Below are positions 28,877 to 37,709 of a stretch of DNA of 64,000 bases, in pieces (position 1 is the first letter of the stretch; each line of letters begins with the position of its first letter). The position numbers and the translations under genes were made by a program. The notes below the pieces were generated by a model. That model had not been told where the DNA came from and made no database searches. It saw nothing but the letters and a program-made list of their open reading frames with translations. The stretch is from Pseudomonadota bacterium (GTDB lineage: Bacteria; Bdellovibrionota_G; JALEGL01; DATDPG01), in the NCBI GenBank assembly GCA_043809315.1, contig JAZDDX010000039.1, forward strand, positions 1 through 64,000, given 5' to 3'.

Positions 28877-29887
28877 TTATGGACCGCGCACGGTGAGCTC
28901 GACCCGCCGGTTCGCCCTTCGTCCTGGAAGAGTCGCATTGTCGTTCGCCGGTTTCGTTGGGCCGAACCCCATCGGAACCAGCCGTTCTTCCGCGATTCCG
29001 TGTCGGACCAGGTATTTCCGCACCGTTTGGACCCGCCGCTCCGACAGCTGCTGGTTATACCCGGATTCCCCCGTCGTGTCGGCGTGCCCCCCCACCTCCA
29101 CTTTCGATCCGGGAGATCCTTTGAGCGAAGAAACCAGTTCGTCTAGGGTCGCCCGAGCCTCATTCGTCAACTTGGTCCGATTGAGCTGGAAGTAGATGAT
29201 CTTCGGAGACGGTGTCACCGCTGGCTCGACGGCCGGCGCAACGGTCGGGACCGTGGTCACGGTCGGAACCGGCGTCGATGTTTCAACCGGAGCTACAACG
29301 GGAGCGGCCGTCGAAACCGGTTTCGTTGCGGGCGCCGGGGCCTCTTTGGGGGGCTTTTGGGTCGTCGACCCGCCGAAGTTGAAGAACGCCCCAAAGGTGA
29401 ATTCAAGATTGTGCTGCCACTGGTCAATGATTCCGTTCACGTGGTTCGGAACATACCGACCGTCGACGCGGAACCCTCCGCCGTCGATCACGAACCATTT
29501 TAGGCCCGCACCCACGTTCGGCGCGATGCTCTGCTCGTCGATCGCGGTTCCGAATTGGGTCCACTCGACTCCGAAACCGGCTGTCAAAAACGGACGGAGG
29601 TAGTCGGATGGATTCCGAAAATCATAGAGGAGGTTCCCCCGGAATGAATCGATCGTTCCGTTCGCCCCTGCCGCTGTTTGACTGAATGCCCGCTGGTACG
29701 ACGGTTCGAAGATCCAGTGATCCGTGAGCGAATACGCCAGCCGTCCTCCGAACAACATTCCGCGGTCGGGAGTAGCTGGCGAATACTCATCCAGGAACGA
29801 AAACCCTCCGAAGAAGCCGATCCCGAGATCTCCCTTCCGGTCACCTCCCGCGGATGCGGGACCGGACAGAAGGAGTACGCCCGCCAC
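28877..29887 (-). CDS. OmpA-family protein (beta-barrel, Pro/Thr linker, peptidoglycan-binding domain); natural start probably ATG 29908 with a TGA at codon 2
   Basis: GHADTTG..YNQQLSERR, NRRVE; upstream in-frame ATG TGA TGG GTT CCG CTG GCG GTG. Confidence 0.85.
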   Translation of the reverse strand: MAGVLLLSGPASAGGDRKGDLGIGFFGGFSFLDEYSPATPDRGMLFGGRLAYSLTDHWIFEPSYQRAFSQTAAGANGTIDSFRGNLLYDFRNPSDYLRPFLTAGFGVEWTQFGTAIDEQSIAPNVGAGLKWFVIDGGGFRVDGRYVPNHVNGIIDQWQHNLEFTFGAFFNFGGSTTQKPPKEAPAPATKPVSTAAPVVAPVETSTPVPTVTTVPTVAPAVEPAVTPSPKIIYFQLNRTKLTNEARATLDELVSSLKGSPGSKVEVGGHADTTGESGYNQQLSERRVQTVRKYLVRHGIAEERLVPMGFGPTKPANDNATLPGRRANRRVELTVRGP

Positions 29888-29932
29888 CGCCAGCGGAACC
29901 CATCACATGATCCGGCACCTTTCTCGAGACTG

Positions 29933-30124
29933 CTATGCGAAATCCCGGTCCATGACCGTCTTACGGCCTTCGGACTGGGCTTTCGCGATCGCTTGATCGC
30001 ACAGCATCCGGAGTCGGTCGGACAAAGCTTCGATAACCGCACCCGAGGTGTTCATCTGGGATTTATTCTTGATGTAACCCTTCAGCTTGGACGCAACGAC
30101 GAGGACCTCTTTCTTCTCTTCCAC
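29933..30124 (-). CDS. Bacterial histone-fold protein (Bd0055/HBb-like)
   Basis: EVLVVASKLK.YIK...MNTS..VIEALS......C..A...A..EGRKTVMDRD; histone RKTV..RD motif; RBS GGAG + GTG. Confidence 0.9.
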   Translation of the reverse strand: MEEKKEVLVVASKLKGYIKNKSQMNTSGAVIEALSDRLRMLCDQAIAKAQSEGRKTVMDRDFA

Positions 30125-30184
30125 AAACCACTCCTTTCAAAAAGTGACGTATTTTCCCACAACTCCCGGTTTGGACAAGTTTCC

Positions 30185-30991
30185 TCAGAGGAGGTTCATG
30201 ACGAGCCCGAATTGGGTCGTCGTATCGGTCTTCTTGAACCCGGGAACCGGGACGTTGTCGAAGCGAATTGCGTACCCTGCTTGGAACGCAAGGACATCCG
30301 TCATCTTGAAGGTCAGAGCCGTCAGCGTGTTGATTCGGACGTTCTTCCCTTCCTGCAAATCGAACAGCGTTTCGACGTCCTGGCCGATCACCGAGAGCTT
30401 GTTGATGTTGTACTTATACTGCAGGAACGTCCGCGCCGAATAGATGTCCTGATTCGGCGGTGCCACCCTCCTCTCGTGGGTGTAGTCGAAGCCGAGCTCG
30501 TACTTGAAGAAGTGCGGGTCGGATTTCACGAGTTCATGTGCGAGGCCCAGCGAGGAGCCATAGCGAAGGTCGAATCCGGCCGGCGGATCCGAACCCAAGT
30601 GTCCCAGGGCAAAGAGCGACAACGGGTCGGTGAGGAACCGATCGTAGCGGAGGCTCGTCTTCCCGTTCTTCGTGTTGGTGGTCGAGACCCCTTTCACCTC
30701 GGCCCTTCCGTACGCCCCGTTCGCGGCGAACTCGACCTTGTTCCGTTCCCATTTGTAGGAGGTAAGACCGTTCCCGCCGAGCGTCTTGTTCGAGGAGTTC
30801 CCCGAGTTGATGATCGCGCTTAAACCCGCGTTGGCCTTCCATTCACCCTTTCTCGATTCCGGAACCGGTGCCGGCGCCACTGCCGGTGGCGAAGCCGGTG
30901 CCACCGCCGGAGTCGGAGGCTCTTCGGCCCGGACGGTCGCCCAGGGTGTGAGAAGGAATGCGAGCAGACAAAGGAGCGTCGCCCTTCTCAT
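30185..30991 (-). CDS. DUF481 family outer-membrane beta-barrel protein
   Basis: Signal peptide; SGNS.NKTL, FDNVPVPGFKKTDT. Confidence 0.82.
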   Translation of the reverse strand: MRRATLLCLLAFLLTPWATVRAEEPPTPAVAPASPPAVAPAPVPESRKGEWKANAGLSAIINSGNSSNKTLGGNGLTSYKWERNKVEFAANGAYGRAEVKGVSTTNTKNGKTSLRYDRFLTDPLSLFALGHLGSDPPAGFDLRYGSSLGLAHELVKSDPHFFKYELGFDYTHERRVAPPNQDIYSARTFLQYKYNINKLSVIGQDVETLFDLQEGKNVRINTLTALTFKMTDVLAFQAGYAIRFDNVPVPGFKKTDTTTQFGLVMNLL

Positions 30992-31407
30992 GAGTGCACG
31001 TCGCTCGCGCAGAATTTGCACTTCGTCGCCTCGGCCAGAACGCTCTCCTTGCAGGCGGGGCAGATCTTCATGGCGGGTCCGGGAGCGGCCGGTTTCTCCT
31101 TGATCAGCATTTTGATGATCATGAAAACCACAAACGCCACGATCGCGAAGTCGATCACGTTCCCTAGAAAGTCCCCGACGCCGAACTGGAGCCGGCCGAC
31201 GCCGACCTTCATCGCTCGCCAGTCGCCGCTCGGGGTCAAAACCCCGACGACCGGCATGATAAAATCGTCGACCAGCGCTTTGACCAGTTTACCCACCGCA
31301 GCGCCGATCACGACGCCGACGGCCAGGCCGATCACACCGTGCTTCAAAAGGAACGAATGAAACTCCTCGACCAACTTGAGCTTCGGAGGGGTCACTTTTG
31401 GAATCAT
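30988..31407 (-). CDS. mscL: Large-conductance mechanosensitive channel with a C-terminal zinc-ribbon-like motif
   Basis: EF..FL..GVIGLAVGVVIGAA, LVDDFIMP, GDFL..VIDF; CPAC-x10-CKFC. Confidence 0.9.
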   Translation of the reverse strand: MIPKVTPPKLKLVEEFHSFLLKHGVIGLAVGVVIGAAVGKLVKALVDDFIMPVVGVLTPSGDWRAMKVGVGRLQFGVGDFLGNVIDFAIVAFVVFMIIKMLIKEKPAAPGPAMKICPACKESVLAEATKCKFCASDVHS

Positions 31408-31459
31408 AGGACCGGGTTCTTACCCAACTCCCCCCGGACTGCAAGTCTCTTGTTGGTTC

Positions 31460-32176
31460 CTACAGCAGCGAGAGGATGTTGAACACTCGCGCATGGCGTC
31501 GAAGGGTGAGCGCCTTGTCCGGACGGATCCCCGACATGCTGACAAGCTCAGCCACAGAAGACTTTCGGAGCATCGTGATCGACGCCACGCCGATCGCAAA
31601 GAGGCGCCGTCGGTCGTCCTGTGTGACGCTCTTGTTTTTGCGGATCGCCCGGTAGAAGCCGAGCAGGTTCACGACCGCGCCCGAGTGACCCCGGAACTCA
31701 AGATCGAACGTGGTTCGAACCCCCTCGAAACTCCGTGCCAGTTCGGTGCGCTGGTCGGCCGGAATCTTCCGCGAGCTTCCCTTCACCGCCTTTTTGAGGC
31801 TCCGCTCAAACCGGATCAGCGCGGCCGCGTGGTCGCTTAAGCCCACCTTGCGGGTCTTCCCGATGATCGGGGCGACGACGTACTGGACGATCTCGCAGAG
31901 ATCTTTCGACGCGACGCCGAGTTGCACCGCTTTGAGGTAGCGGAGAACGGGGCGGAGGTGGACCTGGGCGAGCTCCACGAACGTCTCTTTCATCTGATCT
32001 AGGTTTTTCTCTTTCGCTCTCCCCTTCCGTTTCGACTTCGTCCGACTTTTCGTCTTCGGAGCCATCTGGATCTCCTCGAACGCCTTGTCGAGATCGGAGA
32101 AGAAGTCGTCGTTCAACTCCGCTCCGAGGAACGGGGGAACGGTCGGGGGGGTCTCAATACGCAATGTCGGTCTCAT
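31460..32176 (-). CDS. Basic hypothetical protein with a C-terminal helix-hairpin-helix-like region
   Basis: RBS AGGAGG before ATG 32176; KTKSRTKSKRKGRAK; LFAIGVASITMLRKSSVAELVSMSGI. Confidence 0.65.
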   Translation of the reverse strand: MRPTLRIETPPTVPPFLGAELNDDFFSDLDKAFEEIQMAPKTKSRTKSKRKGRAKEKNLDQMKETFVELAQVHLRPVLRYLKAVQLGVASKDLCEIVQYVVAPIIGKTRKVGLSDHAAALIRFERSLKKAVKGSSRKIPADQRTELARSFEGVRTTFDLEFRGHSGAVVNLLGFYRAIRKNKSVTQDDRRRLFAIGVASITMLRKSSVAELVSMSGIRPDKALTLRRHARVFNILSLL

Positions 32177-32313
32177 GTCAGCCTCCTTGGCAGCTTGCAT
32201 TCGTTCAACAGTTTCAACAGCAATTTCAGCGGGAGAAAATGTAATGTAGTGCAATGCGGTGTCAACAGATTCTTTGCAGAGGGGGGCGCTGCATCCATAA
32301 TAGTGCGATCGAA

Positions 32314-32886
32314 ATGCCTCCCTTTCGGCTCCTGATTCTTCTTCTTCTTTGGATCCCGCTCCCCTCTTCCGCTGGGACCGACGACATCGTCCGTCTGGAA
32401 CCGGTGGAAGGGAGTCGCGTGAAACTCGGAACCACGCAGGGGGTGATCGACGCCGATCCCGAGACCATCTTTCGCGTGCTCACGGACTACGAGCACTACG
32501 CGGAGTTCATGCCGAGGACGGAGAAAGCCGAGGTCCGAGAACGAATGACGGACCGGGTCGTTTTTTTCAGCCATCTCGGGATGCCGATTCTCATCGAGGA
32601 TGTCGAGTACCTCTGCGAGGCGAAGTTCGCCTCCGATCACCGGTCGGTGGAGTTCCGGATGGTCCCCGGCAGCGGGAAAGGGGTTCGTCAGTTCCACGGC
32701 TCCTGGAAACTGGAACCGTTCGGGACGGAACCGGGAAAGACCCTCGTCACCTACCGCGTCTTCTTCGATCCGATGCGGGGGTACGCTCCGTGGCTCTTCG
32801 ACCTCGGGACGAAACATTCCCTGGCGAAGGTAATCGGAGCGGTCCGAAAACGGGTCGGATCCGCTGCCGCCGGGGATCAGAAGTAG
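32314..32886 (+). CDS. Exported SRPBCC/START (polyketide cyclase-like) protein
   Basis: IDADPE.IFRVLTDYE.YAEFMP, GSWKLEP; signal peptide. Confidence 0.82.
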   Translation: MPPFRLLILLLLWIPLPSSAGTDDIVRLEPVEGSRVKLGTTQGVIDADPETIFRVLTDYEHYAEFMPRTEKAEVRERMTDRVVFFSHLGMPILIEDVEYLCEAKFASDHRSVEFRMVPGSGKGVRQFHGSWKLEPFGTEPGKTLVTYRVFFDPMRGYAPWLFDLGTKHSLAKVIGAVRKRVGSAAAGDQK

Positions 32887-32895
32887 ATCCGACTT

Positions 32896-32923
32896 GGAAA
32901 ACCTGATCTGAATCAGCTTTTCC
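32896..32923 (+). promoter_or_regulatory. FNR/CRP-family-like operator (could alternatively be a terminator hairpin)
   Basis: CTGAT-CTGA-ATCAG at 32903-32916 inside GGAAAA...TTTTCC; centre 41.5 nt upstream of 32951. Confidence 0.5.
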
Positions 32924-32950
32924 CCCCCAAAGATCTGAGATTGTTCCCCG

Positions 32951-35758
32951 ATGCGTTTTCGCATGCGCACCTTGGCTTGGTTCTTGAGCGCCCTGGCGAT
33001 TGCCTCGGCATCGCCATTCCTGGCTCGCTCCGCCGAACCGAAGCCCCCCCCAGGCTCCGACGATTGTCTCGCCTGCCACGAAATCGGTGAGGGAACCAAA
33101 AAACGGGAAGCGGGGGTTGCCCCCGTCTTCTCCGCTTCAGCGATCCTCGACTCCCCCCATTCCGCAATCCCTTGCGTCGGCTGTCACAAAGATCTCGAAA
33201 AGGCCGACTTCCCCCACAATGAAAAACTTCTCCCCGTCGATTGCGGCAAGTGCCACCCGGATCAGGAAAAGCAGTACACTGAGAGTTTGCATGGAGTGGC
33301 AGGGAAGCGGGGGGACCGGCTGGCACCGACCTGCAAGAGCTGCCACGGGGGTCACGCGATCCGCCGGAATTCGGACTTGGGCTCTCCCACCAACACCGTG
33401 AACGTCCCGGCTCTCTGCGGTCAGTGCCATCACGAAGGCTCCCCGGTTCAGCTCACGCACAAGATCCACCAGGACAAGATCCTCGAAAATTATACGGAGA
33501 GCATTCACGGGGAGGGGTTGTTTACGAAGGGGCTTCTCGTAACTGCAGTCTGCACAAGCTGCCACACGGCCCACCATGTCCTCCCCCACACCGACCCACG
33601 CTCCTCGATCGCGCAGAAACAGATCGCCAAAACCTGCATGAAGTGCCACGGGCAGATCGAGCGGGTCCATCGGAAGGTGATTCGGGGAGCCCTTTGGGAG
33701 AAGCAGCCGCACCTGATCCCCGCCTGCGTCGACTGTCATTCGCCTCATAAGATCCGGAAGGTCTTCTACGCGCAGGGGATGTCCGATCGGGACTGCCTGA
33801 TCTGTCACTCTCGGAACGATCTTCGGTCCGACCAAGGGATCGACAGCAAACGGCTATACGTGGACGCTCCGGAGCTAGCCGGTTCCCGCCATTCGCGCGT
33901 GGCCTGCGTGCAGTGCCACAGCGGGGCTTCCCCGACTCTCATCCGACCCTGCTCTGCCATCACCGCCAAAGTGGATTGCTCCGCCTGCCATGCCGAACAA
34001 GTTGAAACCTTCAACGACAGCGTTCATGGGAAACTCGCCAAAACGGGAAGCCCGGATGCACCGATCTGCCGCGACTGCCATGGAACTCACGGCACCCTCG
34101 GACGCACGAACTCCGAAGCCCCCACTTTCTCGCGAAATGTGCCGGCTCTTTGCGGCCGGTGTCATCGCAAGGGAGAAAAGGCGGCGGTCCGGTACACCGG
34201 CAGCGAAGTCGGGATGGTCGAACATTACCGGGAGTCGATCCACGGCAAAGGGTTGTTGGAGAGCGGGCTGACCGTCACGGCGACCTGCGTGAACTGCCAT
34301 ACCGCCCACTCCGAAAAGCCGGCCAAAGACCCGACTTCGAGCGTAAACCCGGAGAACATCGCCAAAACCTGCGCCCAGTGCCATCGCGGAATCTACGAGT
34401 TGTTCGCCGCCAGCATCCATTCACCGTCGGTCTCGAAGACGGACCAGAAGCTTCCGACCTGCACCGGTTGTCACACCGCCCATACCATCGGCCGGACCGA
34501 CGTCACCGACTTCCGCCTGCACATCATGGACCAGTGCGGAAACTGCCATGACGAGATCGCCAAGAGCTACTTCGACACGTACCACGGGAAGGTCTCCAAG
34601 CTGGGATACCTCAAGACCGCCAAATGCTACGACTGTCACGGCGCTCACGACACCCTTCCCACTTGGAACCCCAAGTCCCACTTGAGCCGGGCGAACATCG
34701 TGGCGACCTGCGCCCAGTGTCATCCGGGATCGAACCGTCGTTTCGCCGGGTATCTGACCCACGCCACCCATCACGACCCCGCGCGATACCCGTTCCTCTT
34801 CTACACCTTCTGGGGGATGACGATCCTTCTCCTGGGAACGCTGGCCGTCGGTTTCCTGCATACCGCTCTCTGGATTCCGCGATCCATCCAGTTCCGGCGG
34901 GAGCTCCAAAGGATCGAAGAGAAGACGGAGGAAACCCAGTACATCTGGCGGATCCGCCCGTTCTACTCGAAACTCCACCTGCTCGTCATCGTGAGCTTCT
35001 TCGCCCTCGCCCTGACCGGGATGACGCTCAAGTTCTCCTATACCGGCTGGGCCCGTGTCCTTGCGCATCTGTTCGGTGGATTCGAGTCGGCCGGGGTGAT
35101 CCACCGGATCGGGGCGGTCATCACCTTCTTCTATTTCGGCGCCCACCTGTACGATCTCTGTAAGCGCGCCCGGAAAGAGCCGGGAGGATTCCGCGCTCTC
35201 CTTCTGGGTCCGGACAGCATGATCCCGAACCGAAACGATCTCCGAGAACTGATCGGATCGATGAAATGGTTCCTCGGGCGTGGTCCAAGACCTCAATACG
35301 GACGCTGGACCTACTGGGAGAAATTCGACTATTTCGCAGTCTTCTGGGGGGTCGCCATCATCGGCTCGAGCGGCCTTCTCCTCTGGTTCCCGGAGTTCTT
35401 CACGCTGTTCCTTCCGGGTTGGGCGATCAACATCGCCACGATCATTCACAGCGACGAGGCGCTGCTCGCAGTCGGGTTCATCTTCACGGTCCACTTCTTC
35501 AACACCCACTTCCGGCCGGAGAAGTTCCCGATCGACACCGTCATCTTCACCGGGAGGACGCCGCTCGAGGAATACAAGGTGGACCGACCCCGCGAGTACG
35601 AGGAGTTGGTGGCATCCGGGAAACTGGCCGGGAGGCTCGGAGACGCGCCCTCCCCGCACGTCCACCATTTCTGGCGGACGTTCGGGTTCACGGCACTTGC
35701 GATCGGTTTGACTCTGATCGGACTGATCGTGTACGCGACGATCTTCGCGTACCGGTAG
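32951..35758 (+). CDS. 19-heme cytochrome c fused to a C-terminal di-heme cytochrome b (CbcL-like quinol oxidoreductase)
   Basis: 19 CxxCH counted; signal peptide; TM His residues (LHLL, IHRIG, AHLY, IHSDE, VHFF); YWEKFDYFAVFWG. Confidence 0.9.
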   Translation: MRFRMRTLAWFLSALAIASASPFLARSAEPKPPPGSDDCLACHEIGEGTKKREAGVAPVFSASAILDSPHSAIPCVGCHKDLEKADFPHNEKLLPVDCGKCHPDQEKQYTESLHGVAGKRGDRLAPTCKSCHGGHAIRRNSDLGSPTNTVNVPALCGQCHHEGSPVQLTHKIHQDKILENYTESIHGEGLFTKGLLVTAVCTSCHTAHHVLPHTDPRSSIAQKQIAKTCMKCHGQIERVHRKVIRGALWEKQPHLIPACVDCHSPHKIRKVFYAQGMSDRDCLICHSRNDLRSDQGIDSKRLYVDAPELAGSRHSRVACVQCHSGASPTLIRPCSAITAKVDCSACHAEQVETFNDSVHGKLAKTGSPDAPICRDCHGTHGTLGRTNSEAPTFSRNVPALCGRCHRKGEKAAVRYTGSEVGMVEHYRESIHGKGLLESGLTVTATCVNCHTAHSEKPAKDPTSSVNPENIAKTCAQCHRGIYELFAASIHSPSVSKTDQKLPTCTGCHTAHTIGRTDVTDFRLHIMDQCGNCHDEIAKSYFDTYHGKVSKLGYLKTAKCYDCHGAHDTLPTWNPKSHLSRANIVATCAQCHPGSNRRFAGYLTHATHHDPARYPFLFYTFWGMTILLLGTLAVGFLHTALWIPRSIQFRRELQRIEEKTEETQYIWRIRPFYSKLHLLVIVSFFALALTGMTLKFSYTGWARVLAHLFGGFESAGVIHRIGAVITFFYFGAHLYDLCKRARKEPGGFRALLLGPDSMIPNRNDLRELIGSMKWFLGRGPRPQYGRWTYWEKFDYFAVFWGVAIIGSSGLLLWFPEFFTLFLPGWAINIATIIHSDEALLAVGFIFTVHFFNTHFRPEKFPIDTVIFTGRTPLEEYKVDRPREYEELVASGKLAGRLGDAPSPHVHHFWRTFGFTALAIGLTLIGLIVYATIFAYR

Positions 35759-35764
35759 GTCGAA

Positions 35765-36091
35765 CTACTTCTGCTGCGACTTCACGTACTTCGTGATCTC
35801 GTCGGCTTCCGCGGGGGACACTTTCATCGCTTTCATCTTCCGGCTGCCTACTTCGATCGACTTCTTGATGGCTGCGTCGTCCAGCCCCTTCACCGCGGCA
35901 CCCGTCAGGTCCATCGTTTCCGGCTTCTCCGGCTTCATCATCTTCGTGATCTTCTCGTTCCCTTTCAGGTTGTCGCCGTGGCACTTCTTGCAGTGCTGGT
36001 CGTACAGCGCCTTCCCGTCCGCAAACGCGCTCGGAACCGAACCGAATGCCGCCAATGCCAAAATCGCCACCATGCTTCCCATGACTTTCAT
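35765..36091 (-). CDS. Periplasmic monoheme class I cytochrome c
   Basis: Signal peptide, CKKCH, distal Met (KMKAM). Confidence 0.9.
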   Translation of the reverse strand: MKVMGSMVAILALAAFGSVPSAFADGKALYDQHCKKCHGDNLKGNEKITKMMKPEKPETMDLTGAAVKGLDDAAIKKSIEVGSRKMKAMKVSPAEADEITKYVKSQQK

Positions 36092-36284
36092 TTCCTGAGT
36101 TCTCCTTTTTCGTTGGAATCCAACTGAGTTTTGAAACGGCCGGGCAATGTAGCGTGGTTTTCCTCAGAGGCAACAAAGAAACGAAGTTTCAACCTCCCCT
36201 TCGAAATTCTTCCCTTTTCTCTCCGCTCCTCTTACAAAGATCTGGAAACCAACCCTTTTTTGACCTACAGCCGAAAGACTCGCC

Positions 36285-37709
36285 ATGTTGAAATCGCTTG
36301 AAATTTTCTATCGGATCGTCACGAACAACGTGGCCGGGCTGATCGGCTCGATCTTCGCAACCTCCAGCACCCTCCTCTTCATCGGCTACTTCCTGGCGAT
36401 GCTGTCCGGGTTCGAAGGTGGGCCGTACTTCGGGATTCTCGTCTTCCTGATCAACCCCCTCTTCTTCGTCGGCGGCCTTCTGATGATCCCGTTCGGCCTC
36501 TGGCGGGAGAAGCAGAAACGGCTCCGCTCGGGGCAGGCGACCATCTCGTGGCGGGAACTGATCCAACTCCCCTCGTCTCCGGGCCGCCGGAAGCGCCTCT
36601 TCGTGATCTTCTCCGGCGTGACGGCTCTCAACGTGAGCATCTTGGTGGTCGCGGCCTACCAGGGGGTCCATGTGATGGAAACGACGGAGTTCTGCGGCAC
36701 CGCCTGCCACGCAGTGATGCAACCGGAGTACACCGCCTACCTCCGCTCGGCGCACGCTCGCGTCGGCTGCATCGGGTGCCACATCGGCTCCGGAGCCAGC
36801 TGGTTCGTCAAATCGAAGCTCTCCGGTTCCTGGCAGCTCGTGGCGGTTACTTTCAACCTATATCCGCGCCCGATCGAATCCCCGATCAAGAACCTCCGTC
36901 CCGCTCGTGAAACATGTGAGCAGTGCCACTGGCCGACCAAGTTCGTCGGCGACCGGCTCAAGATCAAGAGTCGTTTCAAGGAGGACGAGGGGAACACCGA
37001 GACGAAAACAGCCCTCCTGATGCGCGTCGGCGGGACGCAAGGGAGCCGGGCCCACGGGATCCACTGGCATGTGAACCCCGACAACAAGGTGGAATACCTC
37101 TCCGATGCCAAGCGGGAAACGATCTACAAGGTCAAGCTGACGGGGAAGAGCGGCCTCGTGACGGAATTCGAGGGCCCGGACGCGACCCCCCAGGCAAAGA
37201 ACGCCGAGTGGCGTGTGATGGACTGCATCGACTGCCACAACCGGCCGACGCACATCTTCCGGACGCCACAGGACGAGATCGATCTCGGGCTGGAAGAAGG
37301 GAGAATCGATCGCACCCTCCCGTTCGTCCGGCGGGAGGGGTTGGCGCTGCTCAAAGGCTCCTTTATGACGACGGGGGAAGCCTTACAGGCTGAGATGACG
37401 GGGAAGCTTCTGGCGTTCTACCGGGCGAATTATCCGCAGATCGCCGCCGACCGGAAGCCGTTGATCGACGATACCGCCGCCGTGCTCGCGGACCTTTATT
37501 CGAAGAACGTCTTCCCCCACATGCACGTGACCTGGGGGACCTACCCGAATCATTTGGGGCACGAGAACTCCCCGGGCTGCCAACGATGCCACGACGGGAG
37601 TCACAAGTCGAAAGACGGAAGGACGATCCCGGACGATTGCGACACCTGCCACAAACTGCTCGCCAACGAAGAGGTCAATCCGGAGATTTTGAAGCAGCTT
37701 CAGCCCTGA
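36285..37709 (+). CDS. NapC/NirT-domain inner-membrane multiheme cytochrome (ImcH-like)
   Basis: 3 N-terminal TM helices; FCGTACHAVM (Cx3CH) + 5 CxxCH; LRPARETCEQCHWP, GIHWH, CIDCHNRP.H, NVFP.M.VTWGTYP. Confidence 0.88.
   Translation: MLKSLEIFYRIVTNNVAGLIGSIFATSSTLLFIGYFLAMLSGFEGGPYFGILVFLINPLFFVGGLLMIPFGLWREKQKRLRSGQATISWRELIQLPSSPGRRKRLFVIFSGVTALNVSILVVAAYQGVHVMETTEFCGTACHAVMQPEYTAYLRSAHARVGCIGCHIGSGASWFVKSKLSGSWQLVAVTFNLYPRPIESPIKNLRPARETCEQCHWPTKFVGDRLKIKSRFKEDEGNTETKTALLMRVGGTQGSRAHGIHWHVNPDNKVEYLSDAKRETIYKVKLTGKSGLVTEFEGPDATPQAKNAEWRVMDCIDCHNRPTHIFRTPQDEIDLGLEEGRIDRTLPFVRREGLALLKGSFMTTGEALQAEMTGKLLAFYRANYPQIAADRKPLIDDTAAVLADLYSKNVFPHMHVTWGTYPNHLGHENSPGCQRCHDGSHKSKDGRTIPDDCDTCHKLLANEEVNPEILKQLQP

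Noticed and set aside
29903-29905. TGA recoding (Sec, Trp or Gly)
   Set aside because: TGA ends many intact genes here (e.g. 3351, 37709, 61935) and the position is in a signal peptide
30988-31070. Zinc ribbon on MscL as a novelty
   Set aside because: MscL variants with a CPxC..CxxC tail are widespread
36092-36284. Third FNR box in the divergent cytochrome c/ImcH-like intergenic region
   Set aside because: Only a TTGAC half-site near 36260, with no matching second half
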